A stretch of DNA of 64,000 nucleotides, taken from positions 756,805-820,804 of the forward strand of contig JAXGMI010000001.1 of NCBI GenBank assembly GCA_040768745.1, given 5' to 3'. Shown here piece by piece: positions 43,865 to 53,462 of this stretch. Both the position numbers and the translations under genes were made by a program. The notes beneath the pieces are model-generated. The model worked only from the letters and a program-made list of their open reading frames with translations, was not told where the DNA came from and searched no databases. This DNA is from Desulfomicrobium sp. (GTDB lineage Bacteria; Desulfobacterota; Desulfovibrionia; Desulfovibrionales; Desulfomicrobiaceae). Positions within the stretch are counted from its first letter, which is position 1. Every line of letters starts with the position of its first letter.

Positions 43865-44203
43865 TCATGTGTGGGCCACGGCGTCGCGAACAGCCTCGGC
43901 AATGAACTGGTTCAGGCTCTTGCCGTTGGCCGCCGCCGCGATGCTGGCTTGGCGGTAGGTCTGCTGGTCCAGGCGCAGGGCGAATTTGCCCTTGGCCTTG
44001 CGGGGTTCGATGCCGCGCGCGGCACATTCGTCCAAAAACACCTTGAGCGACACCGCGCCTTCACGCTTCAGCCCGTCCAGGTCCGTGGCATAGAAGTCGG
44101 CCCCGCCGTTCAGATCGACAAATTCGCCCCGAAACATTTCTAATTGAGGGTCAAAGGTGATGACCGCGGCATACCCGCCGGGAAATTCCAGTACGTTCTT
44201 CAT
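43865..44203 (-). CDS. hicB: HicB-family antitoxin
   Basis: FRGEF.DL.GGADFYA..L..EG..SL..FL..C; C-terminal RHH GKFALRL..SLNQFI. Confidence 0.9.
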   Translation of the reverse strand: MKNVLEFPGGYAAVITFDPQLEMFRGEFVDLNGGADFYATDLDGLKREGAVSLKVFLDECAARGIEPRKAKGKFALRLDQQTYRQASIAAAANGKSLNQFIAEAVRDAVAHT

Positions 44204-44454
44204 GGCTTCACTCCATTTATTTCCAACCACTTGCGGATGCTGGCCATGGCGCCTTTGTCCGTGTCCGGCGACGGATGCGGACGATGAAAGACCCGGACCT
44301 CGCCAAAGAGAAACACGCTGATGCGCGACCCTTCCCGCTCCGCGACCTCGGCGCCCAATTCCAAGAACAAAGCCTCGATGTCCGCCCATTTGACGCCGCC
44401 TGGAGTTGGCCGGTCGAAGATCCGGCGGAGCGTGGCTTCGTGTTTGCGTTTCAT
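44200..44454 (-). CDS. hicA: HicA-family toxin
   Basis: MKRKHEATL..IF..VKWADIEALF..GSR..FHRPHP. Confidence 0.9.
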   Translation of the reverse strand: MKRKHEATLRRIFDRPTPGGVKWADIEALFLELGAEVAEREGSRISVFLFGEVRVFHRPHPSPDTDKGAMASIRKWLEINGVKP

Positions 44455-44460
44455 GGATTT

Positions 44461-44488
44461 ATAATATTGTTTTTTGATATCACGTCAA
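44461..44488 (-). promoter_or_regulatory. hicAB sigma70 promoter with TGATATCA palindrome (predicted leaderless mRNA)
   Basis: TTGACG-16-TATTAT ending 6 nt before ATG; no SD. Confidence 0.6.
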
Positions 44489-44556
44489 GGCCATGGGCGC
44501 GAAATGGATTGATATGTTGCGCAGCTACCCCAAATACCCCCGCTCGCCCTGGCGGA

Positions 44557-44681
44557 TCAGGCCGCGGGCATGGGCGGCAGGCCCAGGGCGGCGATGAGTT
44601 CGGTCAGGAAACGCTGGCTGTTGGCCGCTCGTATCCGTGTGAATCGCTCCAACGTGTGATGAATTCTCCCATGGCGGCCAT
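44557..44681 (-). pseudogene. N-terminal remnant of an MmeI-like (type IIL) restriction-modification enzyme
   Basis: With one frameshift reads MAAMGEFITRWSDSHGYER(A)NSQRFLTELIAALGLPPMPAA*; GGAGG RBS. Confidence 0.6.
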
Positions 44682-44866
44682 ATTCCCTCCCTGCAATGGG
44701 ACGTCTTAACGCGAGCAACGGGGAAACAAAAGGGGCTGACCGTAGGCGGTCAGCCTGCCTTCCTGCTGGACTCCTTGGGTGACGAACGCCTTGGATCAGG
44801 ATATAATGAAACTGTGTGAAATCCGGTATTCCCCCACGAACCCGGGCCACAGCGCCGATGGTCCAC

Positions 44867-47683
44867 ATGGCTGATGCACCTGTCCTCCACGCCCCGACAC
44901 CGGTCGAGACCCTGGCCCCGTCGGAGGTCTTTGCCGCGCTGCGCACCACCCCCCAGGGGTTGAGTTGGGAGGAGGCCGCCGTACGTCTGGCGCGCCATGG
45001 CCCCAACGTCATCAGGGTTGTCAAAAGGACATCCCTGCTGCTCAAATTTCTGGCCAACTTCATCCACCTCATGGCCTTGCTGCTCTGGGCCGCCGGGACC
45101 GTGGCCTTGGTGGCGCGCATGCCACAACTGGCCGTTTCCATCTGGGCCGTGAACATCATCAACGGCGCCTTCAGCTTCTGGCAGGAATTCAAGGCCGAAA
45201 AAGCCACCGAGGCCATGCGCCGCATGCTCCCGGAACATGCCAGCCTGTTGCGCCAGGGAGTCACGCAGCGGGTGGAGGCCCGCACCCTGGTGCCGGGCGA
45301 CCTCATCCTGCTTGCCGAGGGGGACCGCATCTGTGCCGACGCCAGGCTGGTGACCTCGGCCGCCCTGCGCGTGGACCAGTCCACCTTGACCGGGGAATCC
45401 CTGCACGTGCCCAAGGCCCATGATCCCATTCCGGGCCAGGGCCTGACCCGCCTCGAAATCCCCAACCTCGTCTTTGCCGGGACAAGCGTCATCTCCGGAA
45501 CGGGCCAGGCCGTCGTCCTGGCCACGGGCATGGAGACCGAATTCGGCCGGATAGCGGGATTCACCCAACGCCTGGGGGATGATCTCAGCCCGCTGCAGAG
45601 GGAAATGCAGCGGGCCACCAAGCTGGTCACGGTCATCGCTGTCTGCGCCGGGCTGGCTTTCTTCGTGCTGGCCGCCACCGTGGCGGGCGTCAACCTGGCC
45701 GAGAGTTTCATCTTCGGCATGGGCATGGTTGTCGCCTTTGTGCCCGAGGGCCTGCTTCCCACCGTGACCCTTTCCCTGGCCATGGGCGTGCAACGCATGG
45801 CCAGACGACATGCCCTCATCAAACGTCTTTCGGCGGTGGAAACCCTGGGCTGTACCTCGGTCATCTGCACGGACAAGACCGGAACCCTGACCCAGAATGA
45901 AATGACCGTGCGACACATCTGGATGGCCGGATGTTCCCTGAACGTCACCGGCACGGGATACGTCCCGGAAGGAGGCATCCTGGACAACGGCCGCGACCTG
46001 ACGGACTCCTGCGCCGACGACGTGCGCCACCTCCTGCTTTCCGCAGGTCTGTGCTGCAACGCCCGGCTGCTCCCTCCGGACGCGGAACGGCCCGGTTGGA
46101 CCGTTGTCGGCGACCCGACCGAAGGGGCCCTGCGCGTCCTGGCCCTCAAGGCCGGCCTCGACCTGGAGGCGGAGGAGCGGCAGGCCCCCAGACTCAAAGA
46201 ACTGCCCTTTGACTCCCGGCGCAAGCGCATGGGCACCGTGCATGCGGCTCAAGGGCAGACGACTGTGCACGTCAAGGGCGCCCCCAAGGAAGTGCTGGCC
46301 CTGTGCACCCGGATTTTCGGGTCCGGGGCGGACCAGCCGCTGGACGAGACCACGCGGGAGCGGATCATGGCCGCCAACGACGGCTACGCGCGCAGCGGGA
46401 TGCGTGTTCTGGCCGTGGCCCGGCGGGTCATCGCGTCTGGCGGCGCGGCGACCAAAGCGGATCCGTCCCGAGACCTCCCGGAATCCCTGGAACAGGACCT
46501 GACCTTCCTGGGACTCTTGGCCATGCTGGATCCACCCAGACCTGAGGTGCACGCTGCCGTGGAAACATGCCGCCGGGCAGGAATCCGCATCATCATGATC
46601 ACCGGGGACTACGGCCTGACAGCCGAAAGCATCGCCCGCCGCATCGGCATCATCGACGGCCCGCATGCTCATATCGTGAGTGGTGCCGATCTCGACGCCA
46701 TGAGCGACGAAACCCTGCTGCAGATGCTGGGCGGGGAGGTCATTTTCGCCCGTGTCGCTCCCGAGCACAAACTGCGCATCGTCACGGCATTGCAGCACCT
46801 GGGCCACGTCGTGGCCGTGACCGGGGACGGGGTCAACGACGCCCCGGCCCTCAAGAAGGCGGACATCGGCGTGGCCATGGGCGTTTCCGGAACCGACGTG
46901 GCCAAGGAAGCCGCGGAGATGATCCTCACCGACGACAACTTCGCCTCCATCGTCAGCGCCATCGAGGAAGGTCGGGCCGTCTATGCCAACATCAAGAAGT
47001 TCACCACCTACATCTTCACCAGTAACGTGCCCGAAGCAGTGCCCTTCATCCTTTTCGCCCTGAGTGGCACGCGCATCCCCCTGGCCCTGGGCGTCATGCA
47101 CATCCTGGCCATCGACCTAGGCACGGACCTCTTGCCCGCCCTCGGGCTGGGTGCGGAAAAAGCCGAGCCCGGCCTGATGGACAAGCCTCCCCGGGGCCTG
47201 AATGAACACGTCATCACGCCCTCCCTGCTGACCCGGGCCTACCTGTTCCTCGGGCCATTGCAGAGCTTGGCCGTCATGGCGGCCTTCTACTTCCAGTACT
47301 GGACGCATGGACATTGGGGGCAATGGCTGGATCTGCCCGCTGCCGGATCCTTGTACGAATCCGCCACAGCCATGGCCCTGGCCTGTGTGGTCACCACGCA
47401 GATCGGCAACCTTTTCGCCCAACGCACGGAACTGGTTTCGGCCTTCCGGCCCGGCCTGTTCGACAATCGGCTGCTGTGGGCGGGGATTCTGGCTGAGCTG
47501 GCCGTCATCCTAGCCATCGTCTATGTGCCTCCGGTGCAACGGGTCATCGGCACCCAGGCCTTTCCCCCTTCCAACTGGCTTTTTCTCTTTGCCTGGGCCC
47601 CCCTTCTCTTCGCCGCTGACGAGGTCAGGAAATTCCAGCTGCGCATCAAAAAACACACGCGACGCCCCGGAGGTGTCCCATGA
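44867..47683 (+). CDS. P-type cation ATPase, P2C (Na,K-ATPase)-like
   Basis: TGES, PEGL, DKTGTLT, KGAP, TGDGVND; TSNVPE and ILAIDLGTD TM motifs; start uncertain (44816-44867). Confidence 0.9.
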   Translation: MADAPVLHAPTPVETLAPSEVFAALRTTPQGLSWEEAAVRLARHGPNVIRVVKRTSLLLKFLANFIHLMALLLWAAGTVALVARMPQLAVSIWAVNIINGAFSFWQEFKAEKATEAMRRMLPEHASLLRQGVTQRVEARTLVPGDLILLAEGDRICADARLVTSAALRVDQSTLTGESLHVPKAHDPIPGQGLTRLEIPNLVFAGTSVISGTGQAVVLATGMETEFGRIAGFTQRLGDDLSPLQREMQRATKLVTVIAVCAGLAFFVLAATVAGVNLAESFIFGMGMVVAFVPEGLLPTVTLSLAMGVQRMARRHALIKRLSAVETLGCTSVICTDKTGTLTQNEMTVRHIWMAGCSLNVTGTGYVPEGGILDNGRDLTDSCADDVRHLLLSAGLCCNARLLPPDAERPGWTVVGDPTEGALRVLALKAGLDLEAEERQAPRLKELPFDSRRKRMGTVHAAQGQTTVHVKGAPKEVLALCTRIFGSGADQPLDETTRERIMAANDGYARSGMRVLAVARRVIASGGAATKADPSRDLPESLEQDLTFLGLLAMLDPPRPEVHAAVETCRRAGIRIIMITGDYGLTAESIARRIGIIDGPHAHIVSGADLDAMSDETLLQMLGGEVIFARVAPEHKLRIVTALQHLGHVVAVTGDGVNDAPALKKADIGVAMGVSGTDVAKEAAEMILTDDNFASIVSAIEEGRAVYANIKKFTTYIFTSNVPEAVPFILFALSGTRIPLALGVMHILAIDLGTDLLPALGLGAEKAEPGLMDKPPRGLNEHVITPSLLTRAYLFLGPLQSLAVMAAFYFQYWTHGHWGQWLDLPAAGSLYESATAMALACVVTTQIGNLFAQRTELVSAFRPGLFDNRLLWAGILAELAVILAIVYVPPVQRVIGTQAFPPSNWLFLFAWAPLLFAADEVRKFQLRIKKHTRRPGGVP

Positions 47684-48330
47684 ACTATGTCATTATCGGC
47701 TGTGGCTCTTTGGGGGCGGAGCTGGCCCTGGCCCTACGCCGCGGCGGACACGCCATGGTTCTGGTCGACAAGGATCAGGAGACCCTGCACCAAGTGGACC
47801 CGTCTCTGCGCGGAGTCGCCATCGTGGGCAGCGGGTTGGATCGCCAAATCCTGATTCAGGCCGGCATCGAACAGGCCGATGGGCTGGCTGCCGTGACCAG
47901 CTGCGACGAGACGAACGTGATCCTGGCCCGCCTGGCCCGGCATGTCTTTCATGTTCCCCGGGTCGTGGCCCGCCTCCATGACCCCCGCAAGGCGGAACTT
48001 TACCGCAGGCTCGGCATCCAGAGCGCGGCCCCCCTGGACTGGGCCGCCAAACGTCTGGCGGACCTGCTCTCCTATTCGGAGGTGGACGCCATGATGAGCC
48101 TGGGCAACGGGCAGGTGGAAATCGTGCGGGTGGAGGTTTCCCCGCTCATGGAAGGACGCAAGGTGGGCAGCATCGCCATTCCCGGTGAAATCCAGGTCGT
48201 GGCCCTCAGCCGCAGGGGGAAAACCATGCTTCCCTCTCCGGAAACCACTTTCCAGCGGAACGACTCCGTGCACCTGGCCGTGGCGGCCGAATCCTCGGAA
48301 CGTCTGCGCGCGCTTCTGGACCTGGGATAA
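47680..48330 (+). CDS. trkA: TrkA/KtrA-family RCK protein
   Basis: VIIGCGSLG Rossmann motif, AGIEQAD..AVTSCDETN, RCK_C tail. Confidence 0.88.
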   Translation: MNYVIIGCGSLGAELALALRRGGHAMVLVDKDQETLHQVDPSLRGVAIVGSGLDRQILIQAGIEQADGLAAVTSCDETNVILARLARHVFHVPRVVARLHDPRKAELYRRLGIQSAAPLDWAAKRLADLLSYSEVDAMMSLGNGQVEIVRVEVSPLMEGRKVGSIAIPGEIQVVALSRRGKTMLPSPETTFQRNDSVHLAVAAESSERLRALLDLG

Positions 48331-48341
48331 GGAGAGCAGTC

Positions 48342-49016
48342 ATGAACGTGATCATCGTGGGCGGAGGAAAGGTTGGGACGCATCTCGCCAGTCTGCTGCT
48401 GGACGAAGGGCATCAGGTCAAGGTGATCGAATCCCATCCCCAGGAGCTGCGTGTCCTGCACAAGGTTCTTCCGGCCGGGGTGGTCATCCCCGGCAGCGGA
48501 ACAGACCCCCTTGTGCTGGAGGCGACGGGGATCCGGGAGGCAGACGTCATGGCCGCCGTGACCGGCACGGATGTGTCGAATCTCGTGGCAACGAGCCTGG
48601 CCCGGTTCGAATTCGGCGTCCCCCGCACCATTGCCCGGGTCAAGGACCCCCAGAACGGATGGATGTTCACCCCGGACATGGGCGTGGATGTGGCCGTCAA
48701 TCAGGCCGGAATCATGGCCCAGCTCATCGCGGAGGAAATGTCCCTGGGAAACATGATGACCCTGTTCAAGCTCTGCAAGGGTCAGTACTCCCTGGTGGAA
48801 GAACAGGTGCATCCGACAGCGCCGGCCGCTGGCAGTAAGATCATGGACCTGCGCTTTCCGGCCGAATGCATCCTGGCCGGAGTGCTTCGCCAGGGCCGGC
48901 TGATCATCCCGCACGGGGACACGGTGCTGCTGCCCGGAGACGAGGTCCTGGCCGTGGTGCACGCCTCCCAGGCAGGGACGCTGGCGCTGATGCTCGGGGC
49001 CAAGGCGGACAGGTGA
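48342..49016 (+). CDS. trkA: Second TrkA/KtrA-family RCK protein
   Basis: IIVGGGKVG, AVTGTDVSN, IIPHGDTVL.PGDEV. Confidence 0.88.
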   Translation: MNVIIVGGGKVGTHLASLLLDEGHQVKVIESHPQELRVLHKVLPAGVVIPGSGTDPLVLEATGIREADVMAAVTGTDVSNLVATSLARFEFGVPRTIARVKDPQNGWMFTPDMGVDVAVNQAGIMAQLIAEEMSLGNMMTLFKLCKGQYSLVEEQVHPTAPAAGSKIMDLRFPAECILAGVLRQGRLIIPHGDTVLLPGDEVLAVVHASQAGTLALMLGAKADR

Positions 49017-49176
49017 CCGTCTCGTTTCAATCCATGCATCCACCCTCTGCCGGCAGATTCCGGATTGACGTCCTGCATTGCCAGAACCTGGCTTTTACGA
49101 CAGACATCCAAGAAAACCACCCATACACCCCTGCCCATGGCCCTGTCCTGGGCAAGATCCCGGAGGGAGAACCGAC

Positions 49177-50415
49177 ATGCAGCGATTTGTTGACGTGAAG
49201 ATCCTCAAAATCTTGGTTGGCGAAGCGACCCAGCACCAGGGCAGACCCCTCTACGAGGCCATCGTGTCCGAGGCCCGGCAGAGGGGCATGGCCGGGGCAT
49301 CCGTGGCCAGGGGCTTCATGGGCTTCGGGGCCAGCACCCTTCTGCACACGGCCAAGATCCTGCGCCTGGCCGAGGATCTGCCCATCATGGTCGAAATCGT
49401 GGACACTCCCGCGCGCATGGCTGACTTCCTGCCTGTGGTGGAGGCCATGGTCGAGGAGGGGAGCATCGTGGTCCAGGACGGGCAGGCCATCTTTCACCTG
49501 CCCCTGCGCATCCGTGACGTCATGACCGGAAACGTCGCCACCGTGCATGCCGCCACCCCCCTTCCCGCCGTGGTGGACCTGCTCCTGAACCGGGAAGTCA
49601 AGGCCGTACCGGTCATGGATGGCAATCATGTCGTGGGCATCATCACCGGAGGCGACCTGCTCTCCCGGGCCAAGATGCCCCTGCGCCTGGACATGCAGAC
49701 CCAGCTTCCCTCGGACCTGCGCCAAGCCCAGTCGCAATGCCCCGAATTTTCCGGATTGACGGCCAAGGATGTCATGACCTCTCCGGCCCGCACCCTGAAC
49801 ATCAAAACCACTGTCCTCGACGCCCTGAAAATCATGGCCAGGCAGAACATCAAGCGCCTGCCCGTGACCGCCGACGATGGCACCCTGCTCGGCATCGTCA
49901 GTCGCACCGACGTGCTGGCGGCCATTGCCAGGGCCTCCGCAGTGGCCGAGCGCCTGGAAATTCTCCCCTCGGGCGTGCATGCCACAGCCAAGGACGCTCT
50001 GTTCCCAGACGTGCCCACGGCCGCACCCGAAACCCCCCTGACCAGTGTACTGGAAAAGCTTATCGCCTCCCCCTTGCGCCGGGTGGTCATCGTGGACCAG
50101 GACAGGAAGATTCTCGGCATCGTCCATGACTGGGATCTGCTGCGGCGTTTCGTGCAACAGGAATCTCCCGACCTCGTGTCCCGGCTCATGGGGGCCCTGA
50201 CCCAACGCGAAGCTGTTCCCCCGACCTTGGAGGGGTCTGCCAGGGATGTCATGGCCAGCAACGTCATCACGGCCAAGCCGGAGACCCCCCTGGCCGAAGT
50301 GATCCAGACCCTGGTGGACAGGAAGATCAAGCGCATCGTGGTGGCCGACGACGACGGCCGCCTGCTCGGCATTGTGGACCGTGACGCCGTGCTCAAGGCT
50401 TTGGCCGCGCAGTAG
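49177..50415 (+). CDS. DUF190 (PII-like) domain fused to four CBS domains
   Basis: GRPLYEAIV..GASV.RG.MGFG..LAEDLPI..EIVD; four CBS units. Confidence 0.85.
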   Translation: MQRFVDVKILKILVGEATQHQGRPLYEAIVSEARQRGMAGASVARGFMGFGASTLLHTAKILRLAEDLPIMVEIVDTPARMADFLPVVEAMVEEGSIVVQDGQAIFHLPLRIRDVMTGNVATVHAATPLPAVVDLLLNREVKAVPVMDGNHVVGIITGGDLLSRAKMPLRLDMQTQLPSDLRQAQSQCPEFSGLTAKDVMTSPARTLNIKTTVLDALKIMARQNIKRLPVTADDGTLLGIVSRTDVLAAIARASAVAERLEILPSGVHATAKDALFPDVPTAAPETPLTSVLEKLIASPLRRVVIVDQDRKILGIVHDWDLLRRFVQQESPDLVSRLMGALTQREAVPPTLEGSARDVMASNVITAKPETPLAEVIQTLVDRKIKRIVVADDDGRLLGIVDRDAVLKALAAQ

Positions 50416-50503
50416 CGTTCCTGCCCATCAGCCTTTCTGGACCGGGGAGTTTTCGACCATCATCCCGGCAGGGTGCCAGTGCGGCGAGTCAGGAATACAT
50501 GGT

Positions 50504-50538
50504 CACTGACGAGAGCGCGGGTGGCGTCCTCGTCAGTG
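50504..50538. terminator. Hairpin between convergent genes
   Basis: CACTGACGAG-N15-CTCGTCAGTG. Confidence 0.4.
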
Positions 50539-50587
50539 TGCGAATGCATAGGCGCGTTTCAGCAGGAAAAAGGTTTTCGCCCGCTTT

Positions 50588-51448
50588 CTAAAGCGCAGCC
50601 CCCAATTCCTCCGGCGAAGCCATGACCGGCTCCAGCCCTTCTTCGCGCTCCACCAGCCTAAACCGCTCCTTGATGCGCGACAGCGATACGAGCTGACCCT
50701 CCCGGGCCGACGGCGTGAGGAACGATTTCAGCTTCACCTCCAGCACCCTGGGGTTGAATTCGCCCTGGATGGCCTTGATTCCCTCGGTAATGATTCTTTG
50801 CAGAAGAAGCTCGTGATCCGTGTTTTCGCGAACGCGGGCCGACATGGGCAGAAGGATGAAATTGGCGATGAGCACGCCGTACAGGGTCGAAGTCAGGGCA
50901 ATGGGAATAGTGGCCAGGACAACGGCGGTGTCGTCCACCCCGGACAGCATGCCAATGAGTCCTACGACGCTTCCGGCCAGCCCAATGGCCGGGCAGATTT
51001 CGGCCATGACCCGGAGCACCCGCTCTGATTCGTCCCGACGCTGTTTGAAGAAGAACATTTCGGTGTGCAGGATGTCCTCGATCTGCGCTCTGGAATAATT
51101 GTCCACCACCAGCCCCAAAGCCCGCCGCAGGAACATTATGGAGGTCTCCTTCTCGTCCTCGGCCAGGGTATGCAGGCCGCGGATCCTGCTCTTGACCGAA
51201 AGATCAACCAGAACTTCCACGATCTCTGCCGGATCTTTGACTTTTGCCCGGTACACGGTGCGCACCACCCGGCATACGTGCCCGATCCTCTCCATCCTGA
51301 AACTGGCAATGGCCGCCCCCATGCCTCCGCCCAACACAACAAGGGCCCCGGCCACGTTGAAATACGCGGCCACGTTGCCGCTGCTGACAAATCCAGCGGC
51401 AAAAACGAGAATGCAAAGCAAAAGGCCGAAAAACGCTTTCCTCTCCAT
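50588..51448 (-). CDS. MotA/PomA-like ion-channel protein
   Basis: VVLGG..AA, PAIGLAGSVVGLI.ML, ALTSTLYG..AN..LP, GIKAIQ..NP. Confidence 0.85.
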   Translation of the reverse strand: MERKAFFGLLLCILVFAAGFVSSGNVAAYFNVAGALVVLGGGMGAAIASFRMERIGHVCRVVRTVYRAKVKDPAEIVEVLVDLSVKSRIRGLHTLAEDEKETSIMFLRRALGLVVDNYSRAQIEDILHTEMFFFKQRRDESERVLRVMAEICPAIGLAGSVVGLIGMLSGVDDTAVVLATIPIALTSTLYGVLIANFILLPMSARVRENTDHELLLQRIITEGIKAIQGEFNPRVLEVKLKSFLTPSAREGQLVSLSRIKERFRLVEREEGLEPVMASPEELGAAL

Positions 51449-51449
51449 G

Positions 51450-52322
51450 TCACACCCCCTGCCTCGATGCCGCGAGCCACTCCCTGAAGCCGCCAGCCTG
51501 TCCTCCGGATGAGGGCAGAGGATCCGTGGGGACTTCCGTGCTGAGCACGATTTCCAGCCGGCGGATCTCAACCTGTCCGGCCTCTCCCGCACTCGGGCTG
51601 CGATCCCCATACCCGACCAGAAGGACGCGGTTGGCCGGCAATCCGCCTTCCCGCATCAGGAATGCAGCCACCTCGGCCGCCCGGGCCATGGACAGCTTCC
51701 AGGGATCGACAAAATCGCCCAGAGGTTCTCCGGGCACAACATGTCCGACCACGGCCACAGCATGGGGCGCACTGCGCAGGATTCCGGTCAGGCCGAGAAG
51801 CTGGTTCTTCCCAGCGGTTTTGAGCGCAGCGGTCCCGGCCCCAAACAGAGAATCCCCAACCGAGGTGATGTGCACCGATTTTTCCGGTACAAGACGCACA
51901 CGCAAAAAAGGCTCCAGCCCGTTGCGGTCGATGACATCGCGGATCCCATCGTGAATCCGGTCAAGAATGGATCCCGGAGAAACCTCCGTTCGCGGTGCCA
52001 AAACCATCAGAGGCGATTTCTCATCAGACAGGACCGGAACTTTCTTGGGCATCTGAAAGATATAGAGCGCAGCGAACATGACGAACATGGTCATCATCAA
52101 ATCTGACCATGCGATGGCCCACCCGGAAGATCTGGGGACTGTTTCCCGGGACATGATGTCAAAACGGTGACTGAGGACAGCAGCATCGGTCAGGGCAAAC
52201 ATGTCGTTGCTGCCTGCATTGCGCATGTTCGGCAACGCTGGGAGTGGCGATGGTTCCCCGGGCAAGGGCTCAACCTTGCGCAGGGTTGCCTGGCGGATGA
52301 TTTCCGGAGTTGGCGTGTGCAT
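51450..52322 (-). CDS. MotB/OmpA-like protein
   Basis: WAIAWSDLMMTMF (conserved Asp), OmpA-like VVGH..W.LS.ARA..V..RRLEI. Confidence 0.85.
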   Translation of the reverse strand: MHTPTPEIIRQATLRKVEPLPGEPSPLPALPNMRNAGSNDMFALTDAAVLSHRFDIMSRETVPRSSGWAIAWSDLMMTMFVMFAALYIFQMPKKVPVLSDEKSPLMVLAPRTEVSPGSILDRIHDGIRDVIDRNGLEPFLRVRLVPEKSVHITSVGDSLFGAGTAALKTAGKNQLLGLTGILRSAPHAVAVVGHVVPGEPLGDFVDPWKLSMARAAEVAAFLMREGGLPANRVLLVGYGDRSPSAGEAGQVEIRRLEIVLSTEVPTDPLPSSGGQAGGFREWLAASRQGV

Positions 52323-52459
52323 AGAGGACCTCCGGCAAGACTTTAGCCAATTCCATGCCAGAAAACAGAAAGAAGCGCTCCGCATATTTTTGCCACCTTG
52401 CCCCATGCCCTGGAACAGAGTAGAAGGCGTTGTGACAACAATTTGAACCAGGAGGAACC

Positions 52460-52642
52460 ATGGCTATTGTTATCGACCACGATGAATGCATTGGCTGCGA
52501 AACCTGTGTTGAACTCTGCCCCGAAGTCTTTGCCATGATGGATGGCGAGGAAAAGGCCATGGTCAAGGCGCCGGACTCCACGGCCGATTGCGTCGGGGAC
52601 GCCATTGACAGCTGTCCGGTGGGGGCCATCAGCAAGGAATGA
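52460..52642 (+). CDS. Single-cluster [4Fe-4S] ferredoxin
   Basis: CIGCETC...CP, 60 aa, AGGAGG RBS. Confidence 0.92.
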   Translation: MAIVIDHDECIGCETCVELCPEVFAMMDGEEKAMVKAPDSTADCVGDAIDSCPVGAISKE

Positions 52643-52665
52643 CGCGCGGCATCGCGAACGCAGAC

Positions 52666-52690
52666 AAAGGGGGCCACGGTCCCCTTTTTT
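52666..52690 (+). terminator. Terminator after ferredoxin
   Basis: AAAGGGG..CCCCTTT plus T tract. Confidence 0.6.
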
Positions 52691-52745
52691 ATGCTGTTTG
52701 CCTGAGGCTTGCGATTTTCCGGCATTCCCACCACAATGACAGTGT

Positions 52746-53453
52746 ATGCAAACCAACCCCAGTGCAGATCCCGTGGCATTCCGGACCGAGAAAAAATATG
52801 TTCTTTACGCCCGGCAGGCACTCCTGGCCGAAGCCGTGCTCAAGGCGCACTGCCTGCCTGATCCGGTTTTTGCCCGGGCCTCGGTGCATTCCGTGTACTA
52901 CGACACCCTGGATCTGCAGTACCTGGCCGAAAAAATCGACAGCACCTACCTGAAGGCCAAGGTCCGGTTGCGCTGGTACGGAGACTGGGACTTCCTTCCC
53001 GATCCAGGCCCGGCTTTTCTGGAGGCCAAGATCAAGGAGGGCTGGAAGCAGCAAAAAATCCGCGTGCAGGTCGAATACGATGGCCGAACCCTGTCGGCCC
53101 TCCCCTTGAACACGCCGGAGATTTCGGGCCTGCCCTCCCGCTTGGCCGAGCTGGGTGTCGGGCTGTCCTTGGCCCTCCGGCCGGCATTCACCATCAGCTA
53201 CCGCCGGATGCGGTTCGTTGACCCCATGACCGGAACGCGGCTGGCCCTGGATCAGGCCATCCATGTGTCAAAAATCAATCTGCCCTGCCTGGGGTCCGAA
53301 AAACGCACCCTGCCCATGGTGGTCATCGAGACCAAGGGAAGTCTGGACACCCTCCCGGCGTACCTTGCTCCCCTGGTGGCCATGGGCCTCAAGCCCGAGG
53401 CCTTTTCCAAATACCTGAGCTGCTATCAGATGCTGATGCAGCAACATCCGTAA
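52746..53453 (+). CDS. VTC-domain (polyphosphate polymerase-like) protein
   Basis: RTEKKY, SVYYDT, KVRLRWY, FLEAK, YRR, RLALD, IETK, FSKY. Confidence 0.85.
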   Translation: MQTNPSADPVAFRTEKKYVLYARQALLAEAVLKAHCLPDPVFARASVHSVYYDTLDLQYLAEKIDSTYLKAKVRLRWYGDWDFLPDPGPAFLEAKIKEGWKQQKIRVQVEYDGRTLSALPLNTPEISGLPSRLAELGVGLSLALRPAFTISYRRMRFVDPMTGTRLALDQAIHVSKINLPCLGSEKRTLPMVVIETKGSLDTLPAYLAPLVAMGLKPEAFSKYLSCYQMLMQQHP

Positions 53454-53462
53454 GGAGACCGC

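Noticed and set aside
44588-44630. Fluoride riboswitch-like GGCGATGAGTTC..AAACGC..GCTG
   Set aside because: Poor pairing, no crcB, and better explained as the antisense of the MmeI-like remnant
50588-52322. Zorya (ZorAB) defence system
   Set aside because: MotA-like protein lacks the long ZorA tail and no zorC/D/E genes are adjacent
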